Source: Opitutales bacterium (GTDB taxonomy: Bacteria; Verrucomicrobiota; Verrucomicrobiia; Opitutales; UBA2995). From it: a DNA stretch of 64,000 nucleotides. The translations under genes and the position numbers were made by a program. The DNA lies in contig CBDCNU010000007.1 of NCBI GenBank assembly GCA_965219475.1, positions 9,457 through 73,456 of the forward strand. The letters are read 5' to 3'. The notes under the pieces are model-generated. The model was not told the DNA's origin. It saw only the letters and a list, made by a program, of their open reading frames with translations, and did no database searches. Each line of letters begins with the position of its first letter. The stretch's first letter is position 1. Below are positions 57,715-64,000 of this stretch, piece after piece.

Positions 57715-58875
57715 TCAGTAGATATCGCGCTGATAACGCCGCTCCCTTCTCATTTTCCGGAAGTATCGGACCGCCTCGTCCCCGGACAACCCGCCGTGCT
57801 CCCGGGCGATGGTGTGGAGGGCGGCATGGACTGCTTTGGCCATGCGTTGGGCGTCCCCGCAGACGTAAAAATGGGCGCCGCTACGGATCCACTCCCAAAT
57901 GGTTGACCCGGCCTCGAGCATTTTATCCTGAACGTAAATCTTGTAGTCCTGATCGCGGGACCAGGCCAGGTCGATTCGTTCTAGGTGACCGGCTGCTTTC
58001 ATTGCTTCAAATTCCTCCCCGTAAAGGTAATCCGTGGCGGCATGTTGATCGCCAAAAAAGAGCCAGTTGCGGCCAGTTGATTTGCGGACCGATCGCTCCT
58101 GTAAAAAGGCCCGGAAGGGGGCGATACCGGTTCCCGGCCCCACCATGATCATATCGGCCGATTCATCTTTGGGTAATCCGAAAGGCGATTTGGCCACAAA
58201 CACGGGTACGGATGGATCGTGCAAGTCGATCCGGTCGGCCAGATAGGTGCTGCAAACACCCTCCCGTTCCCGATTGTTGGTCTGGTAACGAACGACTGCC
58301 ACGGTCAAGTGGGCTTCCTGCGGATACTGAATCGGAGCGGAGGCTATGGAATAAAGCCGGGGGACCAGCCGGCGCAGTCTTCCGACAAATTCCTGAGGAG
58401 AAAATTTTGCCGTGGGAAATTCTTCCAACAAGTCGATGATCTCCTGGTCGGCCAGATATTCTCGCATGGCTTTTTTATTTTCCGGGGCCAGAATGTCGGT
58501 CAACCGGGATTTTTCCTCCTCCGATTCCACCTTCTCGGACAAGGTGAGGAGAAACTTCCTGTTCGGTCCGGCCAGGGATACTTTTTTGGCCATGGCTTCG
58601 CGCAAAGTCATTTCCTCACCGGTCCTGGGTAAGGCAATCAACTCTTCCCCCGTGGCTCCCAAGACCTCGAGAACTTCCCGAACATATCCCATGCGATGGG
58701 TGGGATATACACCCAGGGAATCACCACAGGTGTAGGTTAAACCGCTGCCGGAAAGGTCGATAACCAAATGCCGCGTATCCTTACTGGTCCCCTCTTTATT
58801 GAGGAGGTAGTTTTCCGTCAGTCGTGCCAAAAAAGGATTATCTTTATCGTATTTCGATTCGACGTCGGCTGCCAT
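57715..58875 (-). CDS. sulfite-reductase flavoprotein (CysJ)-like FAD/NADPH-binding oxidoreductase, without an FMN domain
   Basis: RLYSIASAP, GVCSTYL, MVGPGTGIAPFRAF, FFGDQH, FYVCGD, C-terminal RYQRDIY. Start taken at MAADVESKY (58875). Confidence 0.8.
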   Translation of the reverse strand: MAADVESKYDKDNPFLARLTENYLLNKEGTSKDTRHLVIDLSGSGLTYTCGDSLGVYPTHRMGYVREVLEVLGATGEELIALPRTGEEMTLREAMAKKVSLAGPNRKFLLTLSEKVESEEEKSRLTDILAPENKKAMREYLADQEIIDLLEEFPTAKFSPQEFVGRLRRLVPRLYSIASAPIQYPQEAHLTVAVVRYQTNNREREGVCSTYLADRIDLHDPSVPVFVAKSPFGLPKDESADMIMVGPGTGIAPFRAFLQERSVRKSTGRNWLFFGDQHAATDYLYGEEFEAMKAAGHLERIDLAWSRDQDYKIYVQDKMLEAGSTIWEWIRSGAHFYVCGDAQRMAKAVHAALHTIAREHGGLSGDEAVRYFRKMRRERRYQRDIY

Positions 58876-58947
58876 AATACTTCGAATCAGAAATATCACA
58901 GGATCCCCCCCTACAATGACAACCTTCAATTTGGACTTTCCGTTACT

Positions 58948-59679
58948 TTGATTTCCCCCGACCCAATAGGCGAACGCCTGCAGAAATTTCTGGCCAAAGC
59001 GGGCGTGGCATCCCGGAGAAAGGCGGAAATCCTCATCTCCGCGGGCCGGGTCACGGTTAATGGGCGGGGGACCACCCTGGGTCAGAAAGTGGACCCCGAG
59101 ACCGATTCGGTTGCGGTGGATGGGATAATAATCAGGCCACCGTCGAAGGCAACGGTCACTTTTGCCATCAACAAACCACCGGGGTATACGTGCACAAACG
59201 CCGACCCCCACGCGGAAAAGACCGTATTCGCCTTGTTGCCGAGCGGGGACCGCGGTGAACCCGGCTTACATTGCGCGGGACGTCTGGACAAGGCGAGCCG
59301 GGGACTTCTCATCATTACCAACGACGGGGACCTGACCTATGCCTTGACCCATCCTTCGCGGAAAGTCCCCAAGTATTATCGAGTGGGGCTGGACCGGGCC
59401 TTCCCCGTAATGAAGGCCCCCATTCTGGTCCAGGGAGTCAGGGACCGGGGGGAATGGGTCAAGGCTGAATCGGCACGGCCAAATCCCCGGAAACCGAACG
59501 AGCTGGAAATCTGCCTCCAACACGGCAAGAAACGGGAAATACGACGGCTTTTTCGGGTCCTGGGGTTCCGGGTATTGGACCTGGAACGGTTTCAGATTGG
59601 AAAATTCAGGTTGGGTGAACTTGAACTTGGATCGGTAAAAAGGCTCTACAATCGAGAAAAAAGGTTGTTACTGGCTTGA
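58948..59679 (+). CDS. RluB/RsuA-family pseudouridine synthase (S4 domain + catalytic domain)
   Basis: ERLQKFLAKAGVASRRKAEILISAGRVTVNG (S4 domain) and catalytic AGRLDKASRGLLIITNDG. Start uncertain (TTG at 58948 proposed); the ORF is open from 58768 but that stretch overlaps the divergent gene. Confidence 0.8.
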   Translation: MISPDPIGERLQKFLAKAGVASRRKAEILISAGRVTVNGRGTTLGQKVDPETDSVAVDGIIIRPPSKATVTFAINKPPGYTCTNADPHAEKTVFALLPSGDRGEPGLHCAGRLDKASRGLLIITNDGDLTYALTHPSRKVPKYYRVGLDRAFPVMKAPILVQGVRDRGEWVKAESARPNPRKPNELEICLQHGKKREIRRLFRVLGFRVLDLERFQIGKFRLGELELGSVKRLYNREKRLLLA

Positions 59680-59764
59680 AGGGCTCTATACTTGTTTAAT
59701 CCCAAGGCAGAGTCTTTTGCCCACCAACCACTACAATTCCCAATCGGTATCAAGAGTTATTGCC

Positions 59765-60613
59765 ATGAACGTATTGTGCAGCCTTAGAATAACCCTCCTT
59801 CCCATCTCGCTATTGATGATTCCCGGGCTCAGGGCCCAGGAAACCGTGACCCTCTACCTCGAACCCAATACTTCCGCGTACGTGGTAGACGCCCTGCCGG
59901 CAGACGATCCCCGGTTGGAGTACGCGGCGGAAATGGGGTCAAATAACGAAGGGTCCCTCATCTGGAAAACGTTCGAATTGAACGACACCTTTGAAGGTTA
60001 CGTGGAAAAAGGTGAGATCACCAAGGGATTGACGGTCATCCCCGGGGCCCTGGTTTATTTTAAACCGGAAAAAGAAAGCGCCTTCCTCACCGTCCTGCAA
60101 GCGGACAATGAGGTCCAGGTGTCGGAGATGCAAAACGATTGGGCCAAAATTTCTCTCACGGCATCCATACCGGTTTATTTTCAGGCGAAAGCGCCGGAAG
60201 GAGTGCAAGAGAGCGGGCCTTCCCCGACCCAAGAGCCGGAGTCGGCAGGGACCGGGTTTGCCGGTGAACTCTATTCGGACCCCGCTTCCATAGCCGGGGA
60301 GCAGGTCCCCTACTCCCGAAGGTCCTCGAACCTCACCCAATCGAGTCCCAAATCGGGGCTCCTCCTCGATCGAAAATTGGAGGGCCGTCTGCGAAAAATC
60401 CCCAAATCCGGTTTATTTTCCAGAGTGAATTATAACTGGGAATTGGTTGATCGGAACAACAGGCGAATCGCCTTTGTCGACCCGAAAAACCTCATTCCGA
60501 TCCGTCCTTTGGAAGCCCTCGAGGGCCGGAGGGTCATCCTGTCGGGCACCCTTTCCGAATCGGAAGATGGCAAAAATATGTTAATCGTAGCGCGGCAGAT
60601 CCTCGCTCAGTGA
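59765..60613 (+). CDS. hypothetical secreted protein
   Basis: Signal peptide MNVLCSLRITLLPISLLMIPGLRAQE. No recognised motif. Confidence 0.4.
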   Translation: MNVLCSLRITLLPISLLMIPGLRAQETVTLYLEPNTSAYVVDALPADDPRLEYAAEMGSNNEGSLIWKTFELNDTFEGYVEKGEITKGLTVIPGALVYFKPEKESAFLTVLQADNEVQVSEMQNDWAKISLTASIPVYFQAKAPEGVQESGPSPTQEPESAGTGFAGELYSDPASIAGEQVPYSRRSSNLTQSSPKSGLLLDRKLEGRLRKIPKSGLFSRVNYNWELVDRNNRRIAFVDPKNLIPIRPLEALEGRRVILSGTLSESEDGKNMLIVARQILAQ

Positions 60614-60620
60614 GCCTTAC

Positions 60621-61505
60621 ATGAAACTCATTGACGGTAAAAAAATCGCTTCGGACATTTTAGAAGAAATTACCGCGGAAGTAGCTCAACTGGGGGAGGA
60701 AAAGCCCTGTGTCACCTTTGTCAGGGTTGGGGATGATCCGGCATCAATTTCCTATCTCCGGAACAAGGCGAGAGCCGCGGCCAGAACCGGTATCATCAGC
60801 GAACAAATGGTTTTTTCCGAATCCATCAGCGAAGCCGAGCTGTTGGGCGAGATAGAATCCCTCAACGCCAATCCCTCGGTTCATGGAATCCTGGTGCAGG
60901 CGCCCCTGCCCGATCACATGGACGAGCGGGCTGTCTTCAATTCGGTGTTGCCCGAAAAGGATGTGGACGGATTTCACACGGTGAACATCGGAAAACTCTG
61001 TCAGGAGGATTCGACTGGTTTCGCAGCCTGCACGCCGGCCGGGATCATCGAATTGCTGAAGCGCTCCGGCATCTCGACCGAGGGGAAAAACGTGGTGGTG
61101 TTGGGCCGAAGCCTGATTGTGGGGAAGCCGGTTTCCCTCCTCTTGCTCAACAAAGGTTCATTTGGAAACGCCACCCTCACTGTATGCCACTCCAGAACCA
61201 GGGATATCGGGGAGGTAACGCGCCGGGCCGATATTCTGGTCGTGGCCATCGGCCGGGGGCATTTCGTAACCCGGGACATGCTGAAGCCTGGAGGAGTCGT
61301 TATTGATGTCGGCATCAACCGGATAAAGGACCTCTCCCGGAAAAGCGGCTATCGTTTGGTGGGCGACGTGGACTTCGAGGAAGCAGTCCGAGTGGTGTCG
61401 GCCATAACCCCGGTACCCGGTGGAGTCGGTCCCATGACGGTAGCCATGCTTATGCAAAATACTTTGAAAGCCTTCAAGAACCGCACCCACGGCTCAACTT
61501 CCTGA
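60621..61505 (+). CDS. folD: bifunctional methylenetetrahydrofolate dehydrogenase/cyclohydrolase
   Basis: MKLIDGKKIA...VGDDPAS.SY...HGILVQAPLP...DVDGFH...GRSLIVGKP...PVPGGVGPMTVAMLM. Confidence 0.95.
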   Translation: MKLIDGKKIASDILEEITAEVAQLGEEKPCVTFVRVGDDPASISYLRNKARAAARTGIISEQMVFSESISEAELLGEIESLNANPSVHGILVQAPLPDHMDERAVFNSVLPEKDVDGFHTVNIGKLCQEDSTGFAACTPAGIIELLKRSGISTEGKNVVVLGRSLIVGKPVSLLLLNKGSFGNATLTVCHSRTRDIGEVTRRADILVVAIGRGHFVTRDMLKPGGVVIDVGINRIKDLSRKSGYRLVGDVDFEEAVRVVSAITPVPGGVGPMTVAMLMQNTLKAFKNRTHGSTS

Positions 61506-61528
61506 ACCTCGGGATCCAGATCGCACCG

Positions 61529-62344
61529 ATGCAGGATAGGATTGGGTTTTGGGGTTGCGGCAACATGGCCAAAGCCATGATGCTGGGGTTGATTGACCGA
61601 GGCGGTCATTCACCTCGACAAATTTACTGTATCAGCAAATCGGGCACCTCCGCCCGGGCCTTTGCCCGTCAAAGCGGAGTCCTGGCCCTCGGGAACAGTT
61701 CCGAATTGATCGAGAAGTCGGGGGCGCTCGTTCTGGCTTTCAAGCCCTTTCAATTGGATGACTTGAGGCCTGAACTGGGGAAAATTGAAGACGCGCTGGT
61801 GTTATCGCTTCTCGCCGGCAAGTCCTTGAAAGTCCTGCGGTCCTGCTGCCCCAAGGCAAGAGCGTTGATCCGGACCATGCCCAACACGGCGGGACGCATC
61901 GGAAAGGGCGCCACCGCCTTTTGCGGGGAGGGGATAATCCCGGCGGAGGTCCGCGGAACCCTTCTTTCCATTCTCAAACCCCTGGGAAAAACCGTCGAGA
62001 TCGATGAAAAGCTGATGGACGTATTCACCGCCGTGGCGTCCAGCGGGATTGGTTTTGCTTTTGAGTTTATGGCGGCGCTCAAGGAGGCCGGGGAAAAGGA
62101 AGGCTTATCTGCGGAAAGGTCTTTGCAATTGGCCAAACAAACCGTCTTTGGCGCAGCATCCCTGGCCGCCGAATCGCTTGCAATGCCGGAAGCGTTGCGC
62201 GACCAGGTGACCTCAAAGGGAGGCACCACTCAGGCCGGTTTGGAACACCTCGCAGCCGGGGGGTTCCGCCCTCTCATTCACGGCGCCGTAGAAGCGGCCA
62301 AGGCCCGCTCTATCGAGTTGGGGGCGGAGGGGGAGATGGAATGA
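61529..62344 (+). CDS. proC: pyrroline-5-carboxylate reductase
   Basis: IGFWGCGNMAKAM Rossmann motif and VTSKGGTTQAGL signature. Confidence 0.9.
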   Translation: MQDRIGFWGCGNMAKAMMLGLIDRGGHSPRQIYCISKSGTSARAFARQSGVLALGNSSELIEKSGALVLAFKPFQLDDLRPELGKIEDALVLSLLAGKSLKVLRSCCPKARALIRTMPNTAGRIGKGATAFCGEGIIPAEVRGTLLSILKPLGKTVEIDEKLMDVFTAVASSGIGFAFEFMAALKEAGEKEGLSAERSLQLAKQTVFGAASLAAESLAMPEALRDQVTSKGGTTQAGLEHLAAGGFRPLIHGAVEAAKARSIELGAEGEME

Positions 62345-62517
62345 TGGAGACAGGGGAAGATGGAGTGTTGGAGTAATGGAGTGATGGAATGGTGGAGAGA
62401 GGGGAAGATGGAGAGAGGGAGTGATGGAATTGGGAACGAGGGAAAAGCACAAAGTTCCGGAGGCACGGAGATGAGGAAAGAGAATGGGGAATGGGATTGG
62501 GCTTAGCTTCAAAGATG

Positions 62518-62956
62518 GTAACTAGTCGACCCTGAAAAAGGCATTATTGTCCAAGGTGGACAACCAAAACATAAGGGATTCCTTTTTCTGGGGAGATCGT
62601 GGCCCAGTTCAATTGCCGAAAAACACCAGAGAGCTTCATAAGTTTGACCAGGTTTTGGGCTGAATTGCACAATTACCTTGTCAAATAAAAGGGGTATTGG
62701 CAACAATAAAATGTTGTATAACAACAAATTATGGAGTTTTCAGGGCCGACTAACTACTCAGGTATCTTGAGCAATCGTCCGCATGAATGTTTTTCTACTG
62801 TGCTCAGGAAACCCGCACCAACGTTCGACCTTCGTTCCCTCACTACGAATTTTGTGAGATTCATTGTGGAACCCCGTTGGGGTTCGTTGTTTTTGTCCAT
62901 TTCAACCCAGTGTGCGCTGTGCGACACTGGGCTTTGGAGTGGAACTGCTTTGCAGT
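62518..62956. repeat. Dispersed element copy B (left module + three-hairpin module)
   Basis: 62518-62783 is near-identical to 30825-31090. 62806-62956 aligns with the three-hairpin module of copies A and C. Confidence 0.9.
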
Positions 62957-63115
62957 TCATTCTAGTGTGGCCTCCTTTAATCCAGGCTATGGAAACCTGA
63001 GCAGTTACCAAAGATGAAGGAAAATTACCCACGGATCCAGCCGTAACCCCTTGGCGAAATCGGATTTGCCTCTGTGCTCTCTGTGGCCTCTGTGGTTAAC
63101 CTGGCGCCATTCGGG

Positions 63116-63778
63116 TCAATCCGTATCCCAGGGGGCCAATTCCTCCACCGTCCACATGGCGGCGCGCCCGCTCGATTCGCTGCGGGCCTGGGCCACCACG
63201 TCGGCCTCCACGGCGTCGGCCGCATTACCCCACTCCTGACGAACATAGGTGAGGACCAGGGCAATTTGCTCATCGCTCAACACGACGCCCAGAGGGGCCA
63301 TCACGCTATTGTATTCCGAACCGTTGACGCTGATTGGGCCATAAAGGCCATGCAGGACGATGCGGGCCAACATGGCGGGGTTTTTTTGCACCCAGGAAGA
63401 CTGGGCCAGAGGTGGGAAAGCGCCGGGTAAACCTTGGCCGTTGACCTGGTGGCAAGCCATGCAAATGGTTTGATAAATTTTCATGCCCTCCTTAACAGGG
63501 TCGAATACGACTTCGGCGGACTCCTCCGAACCGTCCGCCAAACCACCGCCAAGGGCGGCGATTTGCTCCGCGATCCCGTTCCTTTCCCAGTATTGTCGCG
63601 AATCAAAACCACCCGAATACCTCCAAAGGTAAAGACCGGAAATAATGGGGATGATCATCATGGCCAAGTAGACGGAAAATCGGGCCGGACCCGGGCTCTT
63701 CCCACGGCTGAAGGAGGCCAGATCCGCGTCTGCCAGCAAGTCCTTTCGGGCCCGGTTCCGGATGTCGTCGCTCATCAT
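63116..63778 (-). CDS. membrane-anchored mono-heme c-type cytochrome
   Basis: One transmembrane helix (FSVYLAMMIIPIISGLYLW). CMACHQVNGQG heme site. Distal Met region (YNSVMAPLG). Confidence 0.8.
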   Translation of the reverse strand: MMSDDIRNRARKDLLADADLASFSRGKSPGPARFSVYLAMMIIPIISGLYLWRYSGGFDSRQYWERNGIAEQIAALGGGLADGSEESAEVVFDPVKEGMKIYQTICMACHQVNGQGLPGAFPPLAQSSWVQKNPAMLARIVLHGLYGPISVNGSEYNSVMAPLGVVLSDEQIALVLTYVRQEWGNAADAVEADVVAQARSESSGRAAMWTVEELAPWDTD

Positions 63779-64000
63779 TTTATCCGTTTGGATTCAGGGA
63801 GATCGTAATCCAGCTTGAGGCTTTCCAGATAGGCCACCAAGGCTCTGGCATCGAAATTGGGCACCCGCTCAAAACCTGGATCGGGAGCATCATTTCCCTC
63901 CAATTTCAAGGCTGTGGCGGAGGTTTCATCGGTCACTTCCTTGTCATAGAAAAGATGGGCATAGGAAGGACTGGTCGACCAATCGGCCAGGGAGGCGGGG
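63775..64000 (-). CDS. partial CDS (C-terminal about 75 codons), probably another cytochrome-c-type protein
   Basis: Hand translation gives ...FDARALVAYLESLKLDYDLPESKRIK, then a stop. The stop overlaps the downstream ATG (ATGATGA). Truncated by the window edge. Confidence 0.35.
   Translation of the reverse strand, partial: PASLADWSTSPSYAHLFYDKEVTDETSATALKLEGNDAPDPGFERVPNFDARALVAYLESLKLDYDLPESKRIK

Noticed and set aside
57715-58875. CysJ-like protein lacking an FMN/flavodoxin domain, considered as a possible truncation.
   Set aside because: The ORF starts cleanly at the beginning of the FAD-binding domain, with a divergent neighbour 72 bp away. Stand-alone FAD/NADPH-domain homologues are common, so there is no evidence of decay.

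Overview
This 64-kb window reads like a chromosome segment from a PVC-superphylum bacterium (Verrucomicrobiota or Planctomycetota type). The evidence is two DUF1592/DUF1552 gene pairs, two PVC-type heme-binding (CxxCH) dehydrogenase/HEAT proteins, sulfatases, a Tat-signal Gfo/Idh/MocA oxidoreductase, and a large TonB-dependent receptor.

The window splits into two compositionally different parts.

(1) Positions 1 to about 11,138 look clearly more GC-rich by eye, most of all 4.2-6.8 kb. This part carries small-molecule catabolism genes: an AMP-forming acyl-CoA synthetase, bdhA, a DegT-family aminotransferase, alanine dehydrogenase and an AraC regulator. They are interleaved with an unusual number of abutting gene fragments: an mmsA/iolA-like stub, a frameshifted Fe-ADH, a TIM-barrel stub and a symporter tail. 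A 240-bp direct repeat brackets 6.6 kb of this part, and its second copy ends exactly at the compositional break.

(2) Positions 11,139-64,000 have lower GC. This part holds:
- a polysaccharide/sulfated-glycan utilisation neighbourhood;
- a vapBC pair;
- a methyltransferase preceded by a decayed toxin-antitoxin (TA)-like pair;
- a secreted ankyrin protein;
- the DUF1592/DUF1552 pairs, one with a frameshift in an A7 run;
- a UbiA / alkaline-phosphatase-family pair next to a Brp/Blh-like membrane protein;
- a btuFDC-like ABC importer;
- tRNA-Ser(GCT);
- housekeeping genes (fabG-acpP-fabF, folD, proC, rlpA, pseudouridine synthase, cytochrome c).

The most distinctive non-genic signals are:
- (a) a dispersed element of about 440-500 bp present in 2 full copies and 1 partial copy. 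It has three hairpins, one supported by compensatory base changes, and the partial copy abuts an N-terminal stub of a REP-associated (IS200-like) tyrosine transposase (RAYT);
- (b) intergenic DNA built from a small library of degenerate 8-11-nt tandem units that recur across the whole low-GC part.

No CRISPR array, rRNA or intact transposase/integrase was seen. All calls come from manual reading of the ORF translations and the DNA. No database search or numerical composition analysis was run.
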